This document shows, in pieces, positions 11,725 to 25,759 of a stretch of DNA of 64,000 nt. The DNA is from Gordius albopunctatus (lineage: Eukaryota). Position 1 is the first letter of the stretch. Each line of letters opens with the position of its first letter. Below the pieces are notes generated by a model that had not been told where the DNA came from, did no database searches, and saw only the letters and a list, made by a program, of their open reading frames with translations. The position numbers and the translations under genes were made by a program. The stretch lies in assembly GCA_964276515.1 (NCBI GenBank), contig OZ193910.1:248001-312000 (forward strand), read 5' to 3'.

Positions 11725-14093
11725 TTGAATTGAAGAAAAGAATCCGAAATTGAATATACATGGCTATACATTGTATTACTTATTATATAATCAAACATTT
11801 TCATACAAGGGAAGTTGATCAGGACTATTATTCCCTAAAAAACGGGGCATCTTTATGGCGTTATGGCCTATATATTAGCAGTAATTTTAGAAAACATGAA
11901 AAAATTTAACATGAAAAATGTCTTTCATAAATTTAATACCATTTTATTTATAAGTAATATGAGGAAAAAACTATTTACTCTTTTATATCTTACTAAAGGA
12001 GGTTTAATTTAATTTTAATTTCCGTTTATATGATATAATTAGAGAATATACCTTTTAATCTGCATAAATAAATTAGAGCTTTAATATAACTTTCAAAATT
12101 ATGAGATTGTTAATGTTTTTTTACATAAACAAAGTTTTTATTTTGACTAATTTTATATAAAAAAAGTCTCAGAACTGTTAATAACACTTTATTTTAATTT
12201 AAATATTCCAAAAACTAAGATTAACAAACCATAAGAGACACAAATCAAACATCCTTATAAATAATAAAAAATTAAGTCTATCCTCTTTGATTTAAATCTT
12301 TACTTGGTTATTGTAAATCCAGCAATTATAGTTTTGAAATAATACAGAAAGATTGGTTACAGAATATATTTATAATTTATACCTTCGGTTTATTAATATA
12401 TTTATTTTATGGAATATTCCCTAATTATTCCTTTTAGTTATAAATATAATTTAAACATTTTTTATTGCAATTTAATATTATTGTTTTTTAATGTATTGTT
12501 AAAATTTTATATCGCTGTTATTTAGCAGACTTCAAAAAATGAAAAATTTATCAGTTACTAATATCAATTAGATCTATTTTTGAATTAATAATATTTAGGC
12601 CTTTAGTAGAAGACTAAAATCCGAATTTTATTAAGCCATAAAGTGTCGTTATTGGTTTAAATTAAACTTCTATTCTATATTAAGTAGCCAATAAAAATTC
12701 TCTTTTAGGCATCAAACAATTGATTCGCTTAAATTCTTTTATCGTTTTTTCTTTAATTTTTACGCAAAGGGATAAAACAAATTTAAAAAATGTAAAATTG
12801 TGTTATAATTTCATCTAGATTTTCAGTTTTATAAAATTTGACAGCAACCCAAAAAAATATTTCTTTCCAAAATATATTTATAGTAATTATAAATTATTAA
12901 TGGAAATTGGAGGGATAGTTTATCTTAAATCGTGAAAGTTACTTAAAAGTTAAAATAGATATATTTAAGAAATATATAAATTCTTAAAACTACGCAGTTT
13001 ATCCTTAATTTTTGCGATTTCGATTTTTGAATTAGAGGCCGGGGGAAGAGCTCCTCAAAAAGGCAGAATTAAGTTAAAAAGGAGGGTAAAATTGCCCATT
13101 TTCTCATGGGAACCTAATGGTGTCACATTCACAGCGTGTCATCTACCATTTATATCATCATCATCACCTAATTATGTCGCGATGATGATGATATAAAACG
13201 TCGTCTTAATTAGGTACTTGATGAGCCAGAACCTTTGGCTTATCGGAATATTTTACATTAACATCTTCCAATTAAAATCATAAATCATTTTATCCTCCAC
13301 CATCTAAAACCACCGGCATGAGCCGAGATTTGAAATCGAGGAAGAACCATGAAAATTTAATCAAGAAAAATTTGAAATGCATTAGAGGGGGGGGGGCAAT
13401 TAACCCTTCGTGCCTCCCCTTGATAGGTCTATAGACTCTTTATTTTTGATCTTAATACAATTCAACTTTTTTAATATATGAATTGAAAATTCAAAAAAAC
13501 TTTTATTTTGCTTTTTGACAACTTCTGCTTGCTTTTTTCCAAAAATGTGGTCGTGTTTAAGCACTCGGGTCCCACAAATGCCTATAAAAGAGAGATGATC
13601 TCTATAGGAATTATCATGATTAATACAATAGAATTTAATAAAATGTGATGCGAGATAATTAAATTATATTTAAAAATCAAAGGTTGGGGGGGGGGGGTTA
13701 GACTACTAATTCCATAGGCATGAATGCTTCTCTAATTGGTCCACATTTGATTGAATTAGAATGGCATGGACATCGCTGTGAGACTTCTCCATAGACTACT
13801 ACTACACGATATGATATGGTGTCATCATAATATTAACCTTATTTTTTAATGATCCTATTAACGAAAAGATGTCTAAATTAATAGTTGCTAATTCCTTACA
13901 TAACCCTAACCCTAATCTTCTATTTGGCCCCCCCCCTCCTCCCTAATGAACGTATTGTTCATTATATAGCATATAATTTGATTAATTCTTACTTAACTGC
14001 TCTTTAGTTATATAAGTTTTTTCCTATAAAATTAAATATTTTTCACATTTTTAGACTATTTAAAATATAAAATACACTTTAAAAGTTTCCCTT

Positions 14094-14746
14094 ATGGCAT
14101 CCTCCCGTTTCAGTATAGATGCAATTTTAGCGCAAAGAGACAATGCGTCGTCTACAATTGGGTCACCTTGTGCTTTGGAAAAATTCGAAATTGCGGGCCA
14201 CGAAGGTAGCAAAGGAATAGTGGACATGAGGTATAATTGTGGAAAAGTTGAAGATGACGAAATCGAGAAATATTCTAAGCATTGGTGGCGCTGTTGGATT
14301 TCCCTAAGTCATCAAAACACCGATTTCTGGAATTCTTTAATCATTGAACCAAAATCCTTAGCAAAAAGTTTGCAAAAATTTCCTTTTTATTTTTTATCAA
14401 ATCCTCGGATTTTTATCATTAAAACTATATAATGTAGAAAAAAGGGTTTTACAAGTCTAAATTTATCTATAAAATAGATGGACTTAATTTCCAACTTAAA
14501 CGCCGTAAAGCTCGAACGGTTTTTAATGAAGCTCAATTGGAAGGTTTAGAGATGCGTTATATTTATCAACGTTATTTATCTACACCGGAAAGGATAGATT
14601 TGGCAGAAAATTTAGGACTAACCGAAACTCAGGTATATAATTTTATTTTATTTAATAAACTAAATTTGTTTTTTTCATTTTTTATGATTTTTTAGGTGAA
14701 AACATGGTTTCAAAACAGACGCATGAAAGATAAAAAGAAATGTTAA
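14094..14746 (+). CDS. bsx: Brain-specific homeobox (Bsx/Bsh) protein, ~105 aa; exons 14094-14205, 14478-14632, 14696-14746
   Basis: N-terminal eh1-like FSIDAILA. Homeodomain [59 protein letters not shown], where YLSTPER and [11 protein letters not shown] are Bsx signatures. GT-AG introns are in phase. Confidence 0.88.
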
Positions 14747-15754
14747 ACTTACACAATATTTTTTGATTCTCGCATTCATTAGTAAATTAGTATATATTCT
14801 AATTATAAAAGATTATAAAGTTATTTATACAAATTTTAAATCATTAGTTTTCCTATAATAAATTTTCTCTTTTATCTAAACAAAATTTGATGATGCCATA
14901 CAGTTAATTGACATTTGTCCTATACTGTCCTCTTCAATTTTTAATTGTTTGATTATTGTTGTAAATTTATATTTTTTTAATTAATACCAAATTAGAAAAT
15001 GAATATTAGCTAAATATTAAATTAAGGGGGGGGGGGGTAACTTGCCCCTCTCTCTGGATTTCGATAATCCTTACTTTGAAGGTTGTAAATTTTTTATAAT
15101 TTTTATAATAACTTGTGATTTACGAAGATTATTAGAGCAAGGCTTAGGATTATGAGTTGGTTGTTGCCCCATAAAACAGTATTTTTTTCAAAAAATTTAT
15201 TAATTGCTATAATTATGAAAATAAAAAAAGAGGAAACTTGGCGTTGATCACCATTTTACATGATATTTTATGTGTCATTAATGAGGACTCTCTTTTCCCA
15301 AGTCCTAGATAATTTAAATGAAAAAATTACATCAAAAACGATGGGCATGGCAGGCACTCTGGTAGAGCTATGCAAAAAAAATTTTTAATCCCGGGCCCAA
15401 CCTTATTAAATTTAAAAAGATTTATACAGTTTATTTTATCATATTGAAGTTAATTGCTATTAATTCGTAATTTAAGATAAAAAAATTTAAAGGGTAGTTA
15501 AGCTTGCCAAAATTTAATAAACTAAATAAAATAATTTATTTCTTTAACGGGTTTAAATGGATTTGTGAATTATTTTCTCATTTTATTTTTTCAGTTTTAA
15601 TAGCTACTACTGTGCATGATATACAAAGTTAAATTCTGCAACTAAAACCTACCTATATTATGTATGTTGTACGATAACGTAATTTTTAAATGGTCATTTA
15701 TTTTATTTTCACGAAAACAAAGTTAAATATATAAGCGTAACACAAAAAATATTG

Positions 15755-16560
15755 GTTAAATACAAAGATCAATATCATTGATCTTCGATAATAGGCCAAG
15801 AATCGGCAAATGGTTTAAAGTTGTAGCGTATCCGAGCCTAACCCGGCGTCGGCAAAAAATTAAAATTTAATCTGGCTCGGACCTTCTGGGTCAACTCGAC
15901 CCGAGGCAAAATCTAGCTAAAATATATTTTTTTTTATTTTTACTAATTTCTTTGTTGAGTAGGCTAACTATTTAGAAGTCAAAATATTTTTATGTTAAAT
16001 TAAAAGTGTGGGTGGGTATTTCAAATAAAAAATTTATGAATCTACTTTTCAAATAATTTGGGGCCGAGCTGAGGCTAGGGTCGGGGCTGTGGGCTCGGGC
16101 AAAACAAAAATTCTATGCCGGCCCGAATAAATTCCATTTTGCAGGGATCGAATCGTACAAAAAGAATCCCTAGTTGTTGCCTTAATAAATAGGAGGCGGA
16201 AATTTTAGATTTCGGTGAGCGTTTTGGGATTTCTTAAAAAAGTTCGATAGCCTGTTTACCGAAAGAAGTTAGGGCATGAGGCAACTTCAGGGAGAGAAAA
16301 TATTGTGATTTTACGCTCTTCTGGGGTGGCGATAGGGTCATCACAATTAAAATGGGAAAGAGCAAATAAGTGGATGCAAGCCAGTAGGGAAAGGTAATTT
16401 TACCAGGGGACTAGAGAAGAGCCGTCAGGGCGCATGTCACCTTCCACAGGGATTTTAGCCTTTTAAGGGCAGCCTAAATAAATAAATTGGCCTTAACATA
16501 TTTAAATTTGCTTGCGAGGCAGTGTAGAGGGTGCCTGGAATCTTGGTCTACTTCGGTAAT
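15755..16560 (-). mobile_element. Degenerate 3' fragment of the 9.5-kb CRE-like element, interrupted by a CCCGA-repeat MITE (~15830-16150)
   Basis: The reverse complement matches the 11.1-11.7 kb sequence (e.g. ccctgacggctcttctctagtcccctgg, ggcaacaactagggattctt, ctacaactttaaa). Confidence 0.8.
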
Positions 16561-16776
16561 TTAGACTCAAAATTTTAAAAGCGGATTTTTAATCAGCCTA
16601 TAAAACATTTTTAGTATTTACTAGAGACTTTTACCCGCCCCCCAACCTATGAAATAAATTCTACATATATATCTTGATGCATATAAAACATCATAAAGTG
16701 TGGAGGAGAGGTATAGTCAAATTGGGCAAATAATGTTTCAAAATGATAAAACATCGTCGCTAAGGTTAAATCAACA

Positions 16777-16812
16777 TGAATGAATGAATGAATGAATGAA
16801 TGAATGAATGAA
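16777..16812. repeat. (TGAA)n microsatellite
   Basis: About 9 tandem TGAA units. Confidence 0.9.
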
Positions 16813-16937
16813 TACCTTAGTTGACCGTTTATATTTATGCATCATAACTCATATGACTGATTTATTTAACAGGCCGTATGGGTGAGGTTAATAAAATTAA
16901 AAGTACGGACACTTTTGCAATTCATGAGACACGTGAT

Positions 16938-19900
16938 TTAGTTATAAATTTGAAATCCGGGTGGTGTGCATTCTTGGAGTGCCAGGAGGTGTGGGAAGCA
17001 ATTAAAGGCAAGAAATTTGAATCGATGTCCCATGTGGGCCGGGTTAATTAAATAATCGTAGCTGCCAATCATTCTCCTCCTTTCTCCCTCTACGTCAGTC
17101 GCCATCTTGTTTTCTCCTTTACACCGGACCCCCGATCCCACACCTACGTTGGCCAACAGCATATTTAGCCTCAACCGTCCTCCGCATGCTTCCAAAAAAT
17201 CGCCTTGGTTAACCGGCCCAAAAACATTTACTCGGTGTTCTGGCGTATAGTAAAAAATTATTGCTAATCTTCTTAACAAACTTCACTGTAGCAAATGGTA
17301 ATTTTATTAGTATAATTCTATATATTACAAGATTAAAGTATTATATCAAAGGGCACATTTGAATATAGAGACGAGCATTATTTGTTTTGTTTTTAGATAT
17401 CTTCTTAATTTAAATGCTAGTTAATTGGGGGAAAGGACCTTCAAAAGTAGAAAGTCAAGTTAGGAGAGTCGGGAAAGGGCAGCTGCCCCTCCCCCTTCCA
17501 TATAAAATTATGGCCTATGCTTCATACGAGCATTATTGCCCCCCCCCCCGCTTGTAATTATTTTCTATTTACCCTTACCAACATCACGTGACTCCTGCGG
17601 CGATCTCAGGCAACGAGTGCAATAATCGAAATCGACGTCAGCTGTTAAATCAGCTGTTCCCGGATCTTGCAAAGGGTCGTGCAGCTTGTGACCCTTAAAA
17701 GCCTGCATGAATAAATAAATGTCGATTAAATTGTAAACTTTCTTAACTTCTGTTCAAAAGATGAATCCTTCATAAGATTATAGATATTTGCAAAAATGTC
17801 ATCAAAAATTGCCTTCCACCTTATTTGTGCAAATATGTGTGAAAAGGGCTAACACTAACTTTTGTTCGCAGTACTAACTAAATACATATGCGATTTTGGC
17901 GAAATGTTTTAGAACGTGGAAAGATAATGAGATAGTGAGCGCTTGCTAGCTCCATCTCTAACCCCCCTACACTTCCTTCCACATAATAATCATCGTACTT
18001 AAGAGGTAATTAATAATTTACAAATTTGATTCATTCTCAAAATGGATCTTATTCGAAGAGACCACAACGAGTAGGGCGGCCCCGCAACATGGCTCCGCCC
18101 TCAATTCGCCCAAGCGGCTTTATTCCCTTTTTTGGGCCCAACAAAGCCCAAGACTGGCTCTTTTATTTAATTAAAACTTTTGCCATTTCACGTATTTTCA
18201 ACTATAAAAATAGAAAATAAATTTGATTATTGTTATCCTTCATTTAAAGACTCCAAATTCTATATATAACTCAAATTTATTACTTTCAAATAGGAAAGTT
18301 TTTGTTTATATATTTCCTCGTTATTTCTTCATTTTCAAAGTTTCAATAGCTGCTATCATGGATATCGATCGATACAACATAAACTCGGGCCTTCGGCTCT
18401 CGCGGGAAGGGGAGGAGGGGCATTTTAAATGTTTTTTATTCAATAGTAAGCAAGCTAATATGAATTCAAAAAATAAATTAATAATATAAAACTCGGGCCT
18501 TCGGCCCTCGTGGGAAGGGGAGGGAAGGGGGAACTCATCTACACTCCGTATAAATGTATCATATTTGCTATGCAATTTATGGAAATACTTACGTGAATAT
18601 TGCAAAACGAAGGTTGGAAGCACTAAATAAGTGTATATGCCAAATATCATAAGGGGGGAGAGAGGGAGCGAAGGGGAAGCTTTATGGTTAGTTAAATTCT
18701 ACGGGAGTTGTATTACCAAAAAGTCATAATAGCAATGGTAGGAACAGGAACAATCATAATAGTCAAAAAAAACGGAAAAAATAATTTCGATTCACATTTT
18801 GGCCAATGGTCATTTTTTTCCATTGGTCAGCAGCCAGGACACGGTAAAAGTGGATATAAATTCATAACAGTAAAAAAAACGAAAAAAAAGTTTTCGAATC
18901 ACATTTTGGCCAATGGTCATTTTATTCCATTGGTCAGCAGCCAGCGGACGGCCAAAAAGTCATAATAGCAATGGTAGGAACAGGAACAATCATAATAGTC
19001 AAAAAAAACGAAAAAATAAACTCGGATACACATTTTGGCCAATGGTCATTTTTTTCATTGGTCAGCAGCCAGCGGACGGCCAAAAAGTCTTATTATCAAT
19101 GATAGTAACAATAACAATCATAAGAGTCAAAAAAAACTCCGGGATTCTAACCCAAAAACTTGATAAATTGCATAGCAATTATTAAAAAGTATAGGGTAAT
19201 TATCAATGTTAACCTATTCAAAAACGAACAAAAAATTTCGATTTATTTGGCCAATGTTCATTTTTTCATTGGTCAGTAGCCAGCGGACGGTCAAAAAGTC
19301 ATATTATCAATGGTATTAACAAGAACAAAATATTAAATTAATTAAAAAAATAAAAATTTTGCCCTCTCCGGGATTCGAACCCACATTAAATAGAGGCATA
19401 AGCCTTTGGAGGGGAACAGGGAACCATAAATATAGAGCCATAGGCCCTTGTAGGGGAGGGCATAGGGTAATTATCAATGTTAAACTATTCAAAAACGAAA
19501 AATTTCGATTTATCTGGCAAGTGGTCATTTTTTCATTGGTCAGTAGCCTGCGGACGGTCAAAAATTCATATTATCAATGGTATTAACAAGAACAATATAT
19601 TAATTTAATTTAAAAAAAAAAAAATTTTTGTCCTCTCCGGGTCTCGAACCATCAATTTAGAACGTTCGCCGGGATTCAAACCCACATTAAATAGAGGCAT
19701 AAGCCTTTGGAGGGGAACAGGGAACCATATAAATAGAGCCATAGGCCCTTGTAGGGGACGGCATAGGGTAATTATCAATGTTAAACTATTCAAAAACGAA
19801 AAATTAAAAATTTCGATTTATCTGGCCAGTGGTCATTTTTTCATTGGTCAGTAGCCTGCGGACGGTCAAAAAGTCATATTATCAATGGTATTAACAAGAA

Positions 19901-22634
19901 AAAAATATTAATTTAATTAAAAAAAAAAAAAAATTTTTTGTCCTCTCCGGGTCTCGAACCCGCAACCTCCAGGTCGGGAAGCTGGTGTAAATAACTTGGT
20001 AGACGGACGGACGGACGGACAACCAAAAACGAGCCCATAAATTGCATAGCAATTAATAATTGCTAAAGTTAAATTAGCAGCTTTGATCAAAAGTATGGAT
20101 AGGGAGGAGGAGCTGGAGCTTGAAAGCTATAATATCGTGTAAGCTGCAAGTAGATAATAATAATACTGAGCCCCCCCCCCAATGATTTTATCAAATTTGA
20201 GGTAAATTGGGGTTGGGGCGGCCTGTGAACGGCTTTAGCCAAAAGCTCTCGCAATTGTGGGAGACATTATGGGATGTTGTTGATAGCTGCTCTTAAATAA
20301 CGACAGTTAACAAAACAAATATGTACTACCCGAAAAGTATCTTCTAAATGTCCTCCGTGTCCGTAGTCACAAATCAAACCAAAACTACCCCCCGAACGAT
20401 TGAGCGCAAGCAGGTCGGTTATTTGATTCAAAATGCGCCCGGCTTCGAAGCTAATTTCAACATGGCGTCTACCATCGCCTGGCTAAAAAAAGGTGACCAA
20501 ATGCAGGAAATTTCACGACAATAAATGGAGTTCTTGAAATAATAAATAAAATGGGAATAAATTCTTACTCTTAACACCTTCTCCAGGGGGAATAAAGGAG
20601 TTTGGCCCAATTTGTAAACTAGTTTGGGAGGAGCGTTTTCATTTTCATCAAAGTCTATCATAATCTCTCGCCAACCATCGGTCGTCTTCTAACATGCAAA
20701 AATCACAAAATTCATAATTTAATTGGTACAATCAATATTTTTATAAGTCATACTTATCCTTTTTATGCGGTTATAAAAGTCATTTTTCCATCAAATTGGT
20801 TATGTTAAAACTTTGTTTTTTTCTCCTCGTTCATTTTTAAAAATGGAAATAAAAATATAATCGCGTAAAAAATAAAACAAAATGTCGAATTTAATGAAAC
20901 TTTAAAACAACATAGAAACGGTAGATTTGGGTAAAACTTGATATTTGTGAATGGGCAGGGCGTCAAAAAATTCATTGGCCAAAATGCAATACGTGACCGC
21001 GGGATCACGTGGTACGTCTTCCAACCTATCGTACCATCGAGTCGGGTAAATGGACCGAGCAGTAACGTGATCGGCTTGGATGGCGGCCATCTTGGAACTA
21101 CTTTCTACCAAGTGAAAAGATATTTTGTCAGCGGTAGCAGAAGGATATTTGGAAAAAACCTAAGAGTGAAATAGTAATTTATGGCAATTAAGGTTTGAGT
21201 TAAAATATTTTATATAATTACAAATAAAAATTAACACTTTTACATAAAAACTAATTTATAGCTATTTAAATTTAAAGTTTGGGTCCTCAAAATAACTATT
21301 TAATCCTGATCAACAAAGTGTTAATTGATGAATTCTTTTTTATAATAAATTACATTTTGCCTGCTTACTAGTCACAAAAAGTGTTTAATTCGTATATTTA
21401 TTCTTCAAAGATGTTAACACAATTTGCATTTTATCATACCTTAAAATAAGAAATTAAATGTCCCAAAAATCTGCTAAAATAATAATCAAATTTTTAGTGA
21501 ATAGATTTTACCGAGGATTAATATTAACACCCAACCCATGTTTAAGTGTAAAATTTAAAAATATAATGTGTAAGTAGTGGTGATTAATGTGTTTTTAAAA
21601 AGTAATGAAAAAATATTGAACTAGTTAAACATTTAAAACATCATTTTAAAATATATATTATTTACACAATTTATAATAAAAATAATGTGATGTTAAAGCA
21701 ATTTTCACCAGCAGTTTTTAAATGATTATTTATTAAGATTCTTTCTAATTTATTAACTAATGAGAAAGTTAAATACACTTTTTCCAAATAATGGGGTACA
21801 GCAGAAAGAGATGGGAGATTCTTAAATTTTAAATGGTGGATTTAATGGTACAAATCTTACGTTATGTGAAACATATGGCATGAGCAGTCTATGTAGTGTA
21901 TGGTCATTATAAAAGCTCCTTTAATTTGATAACCAATTAAGGATATATTAAAAATTCAATTACTTAGACACTATATGTGATAATAGGAGTTTATTGAAAT
22001 TTAAAAAATAAATTTTCATAATTTAAACCCTATATAAAGTTAGAAGAAGTTACCCTTTGTATGTCTTGAGTCAATGTTCCATGCCCTGGTCCTAACTCAA
22101 TGATATTCAATTTGTTACCTTGATTTAATTTTGTAAACCATTCATTTAAAACCCAAACACCAATTATCTGCAATTAGAATATATATATATAAATATAATT
22201 GATTGAAATATTTATATTTCCAATTTGTGTTAAATCGCACATAAATATTTATATTTTTAATTTGTATGAAATATCAAGATAATTTAAAATGTCATAAAAT
22301 ATATTATATATAAAATTTACTTACATACTTCTCCAAAAATTTGGCTAATCTCTGGAGAAGTTAAGAAATCACCCCTTTCCCCAATGCCATCCCTTGTGGT
22401 ATAGTAACCATCAATAGGATTGGTTAAAACATATTTCATATATTGAGCAACTGTTATTGGTCTACCATTAAGTTTTATGTAACTATAAACACTAGATAAG
22501 CCTTTAAAAGCAGCAAATGCTTGAGGAAATTTCATTAATTTTAAATTGTAATATAACAAAACATAAATGATAGGTGTTTAAAATTTGTAAACAATTAGTG
22601 ATATACTTTCAAATAATCGCAACTGTAGTGACAT
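16938..22634 (-). CDS. NDUFAF7: Mitochondrial complex I assembly protein arginine methyltransferase NDUFAF7 (MidA); exons approx. 22634-22607, 22518-22329, 22168-22054, 21159-20938, 20688-20569, 20480-20330, 17703-17578, ~17245-16938
   Basis: GRPITVAQYMKYVLTNPIDGYY...GDFLTSPEISQIFGE; IIELGPGHGTLTQD; ANEFFDALPIH; GLICDYG; DPLQDPGTADLTADVDF; GPVNQGDFL; MGHRFKFLA. Confidence 0.93.
18170..20060. mobile_element. Helitron/DINE-like non-autonomous element with internal tandem array and tRNA-like pieces, inside an NDUFAF7 intron
   Basis: Repeated ~120-300 bp units (ttggccaatggtcattttttcattggtcagcagccagcggacgg), reversed B-box-like CCGGGATTCGAACCC, and (GACG)n just before aacgagcccataaattgcatagcaatt. 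A similar end occurs at ~34370-34425. Confidence 0.55.
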
Positions 22635-22689
22635 CAACAGAAATAAGATAACCCTTGGAGTAACTCGCAAAATAATATTTTTTCCCATT

Positions 22690-22890
22690 CTTTTTTTTAT
22701 TTATATGTTGTTTATTTGAACGTAAGAACATTATAAAAACTAAGTGTCAACATTCGAAAAATATAAAAGCGGGTGTAAAACAAAATAAAAATATTATGAT
22801 TCAAAAATGTCGCATGTGTCATCTTGTAAAAGTGGCAAACTGTCGGTCAGGGATTTAAAATTGTACTTTGCTATAAAAATACCAATTTCC
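22690..22890 (-). mobile_element. 3' end fragment of CRE-like subfamily B
   Basis: Near-identical reverse complement of 51710-51900 and 27700-27900, including the A-rich tail. Confidence 0.85.
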
Positions 22891-22984
22891 TCCTCTCTCG
22901 AAATTCGTTAAATCAATTAAATGGAAACAAAAGACATGTTGTCTCTCACCCCCGACCCATCCATTTCGGACACAATATCCCACC

Positions 22985-24400
22985 TGTGGAAACTATAAAA
23001 CAGGAATCATCAGTATACATAAAACTTCCTGAATTCCACTCGAGGAATATTTAAATATGGATAGCACAAATAGACGTTATTTTTACAACAAGAAGGATAA
23101 TTTCCCAAAAAGTAAAGTATGCATTTCAATAACTCATTATGCTAAAATATAATGATATTATTAAACTTAATCCTCTTATTGAGCCTGAGCCTGGAATAAA
23201 ATTTATTAATTAGCAACTTTATACCTTGGTCATCTAGTATATAACACCTATATTAATGCTTCCTGCCTTACGTTACTCATCTAGCTTGTGTTTTGGGGTT
23301 TGAGATAAAAAATTGGTTCCATTTTGACAAATTTATATCCTATATAATAACTCATAAGAGCCATAAAAAAATATATGGTAAAATTATTTGTGAAAGTCGA
23401 GACGAGAATTCTCGCCGAGACGAGATTTTGCTTTGGAGACCGAGACGAGATCGAAACACTAGCAATACTAATAAAAGGTCCCAGCCAGTTCAAATATGTA
23501 ACTAAGTTGAATATATGTAAACCTATAATTTAGCAAAAGTTTTATTACAAATTTAATTTAAAAATTTGCCCTTTTTATGGAAACTGTTGTTAATTTTTAA
23601 TTATCTATATACTGTTGAGTTAAGTAGGTTACAATTCATATCATCGAAATATTTATAAAACCATGTTAATAAAAAATTGGGGTTGACATTTTAATTTAAA
23701 TAAATTTTATTCGTATAAAAAATTAAATAAATCAGGAGAAATCCCCTAAACTAAAAACTCACCTGGCTTAATTTTAGGTTAAAAATCGGCATTTTAATAG
23801 CAAAATATAATTAAAAGTCTTTATCTGACACATTGCCCTTGTTGGCTATTCATGAATCTAAAGAATAGTTCTTCATTTATATTTTATTGTATACTTTGTG
23901 GCATTTTTACCGAATAGAAGCCTTTTAGTTAAAAAAATTTAAAGTCGACACCTCTCGTCGAGACGAGATTCTCATAATGGCACCCGAGACGAGATTTCAA
24001 TTTCGAGACCGAGTCGATATTGAAACACTATAGACGAGTGCCCTGGTGAAGAAAAGCGATGCATGCTTCAACTTTTCATTATTGGCCTCCTCTCTAGGAT
24101 TAACAAATATGTCCAAGAATTTATGTATCCTCCTCACCGAATATTGATGACTTATTGAGCAACAAAGCTCATCAGTTTTCGAAGATAGCCAAAGTGTGCT
24201 TTCAGCTAACGGTCTCCCCAAAAACGAGCTGATGCCCCTTTGAAGCTATAGGGTCATTTAATGTCAACCGGATGCCTTTCTCCGGACTAATATTTGCAGC
24301 AGCCACCACCAGCTTCCTATAGATGGACCAAATATTGGGAGGATATATGATAGATGTATTGGTGGCTGCAAAGGGTCGCTCTTGGTCTTGAAAGCAATGC
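22985..24400 (+). pseudogene. Ty3/gypsy LTR-retrotransposon relic (gag and RT fragments) split by a GAGAC-repeat element (~23280-24030)
   Basis: gag-like IKLPEFHSRNI*IWIAQIDVIFTTRRIISQKVKY at ~23010-23120. RT-like LVKKSD..PNIDDLL..FSKIA..RMPFSGL..MDQILGG..DVLVA at ~24040-24370, with frameshifts. Confidence 0.7.
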
Positions 24401-25443
24401 AGTATTGGAGCTTCGTCCCACCCAACATAAATAAAGGTTTATTTTTTATTTATGGCTGAGGAGGTAAGCCTTTCAAATTATAGTTTTTAATTCATTAAAA
24501 GCGACTCATTATTCATACTTTTTAATGCATTGTCCAGCTCAAATGGTCTTTTGTAAAACAATGTTTACTTTCCTACTTTTTAACCCAATCTAAGAACCAC
24601 CATGGCTACTAAAGATGAACAACACAAAAGCCTGTTAAAATTAATCACTTATTATGCTTTTAATTACTAACTTTATACAAGAAAAGCTTTCAAATTTATT
24701 CAATTTTTCTAATCAAACATGTTTTTATTTAAAGAGCGCGGGGACATGTGGACAGACGAGTGTATTAATATACCTAGCGATAGCTTGTTAAAAACTACAG
24801 TTTAAAGTTAAATTCCTCATAAAAAATAGCAGAATTCTTCTTTGTACAACGGTTTAAGCACTCTCACCAATACAGTTTTCATCCCCGTGGTGGCTACCAC
24901 TATAGGCAACCTAGGTTCAGTTTTTTATGTCCTAACATTGTGTAAATCATATGACTGATCCTTAAAATAATTAATTTATGTAAAACTTATAAATTTACCT
25001 AACATTAAAAGCCTATCTTAAATCCAAACTAAATAGCCCCTTTCTTAATACTTGTCAAGCAGGAAAACACACCCTGCTTGCATTAGAGTTATATAATTTT
25101 ATATGAGTCTTGAAAACCTATAATTGTATTGCACATACACTTTAGCAACAATCAAAGTATATTTTTACTTTTTGTACATAAACTTTGATTATTCCCTACA
25201 ATGTAAACTATAAAAAATTAAGTTTAATAAAATATAAATGGCTTAAACAGCTAAATATTCACCTATCATAGCAAAAATAATCAATAAAGAAATTATATTA
25301 GGCGCTTGATTTGATAGTTATAAAAAAGCAAAAGAAATATATTTAAAATTTAAGATTCAATAAAAATCTTAATTGTATTAATTTATTAATACTTTATGGT
25401 ACAACAATTATATATATAATAAATTTAAAATGGAAGTTGGTAA

Positions 25444-25752
<309 letters not shown>

Positions 25753-25759
25753 GTTTATA

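Noticed and set aside
13901..13915. Telomeric (TAACCC)n repeats here and at ~37137
   Set aside because: Only about 2 units each, as expected by chance.
18700..19950. CRISPR-like repeat-spacer array
   Set aside because: The intervening sequences are themselves repeated and of variable length, the context is a eukaryotic intron, and there are no cas genes.
19355..19990. tRNA genes suggested by GGTTCGAATCCCGG-like motifs on the minus strand
   Set aside because: Only T-arm/B-box pieces inside tandem repeat units; no complete cloverleaf could be built.
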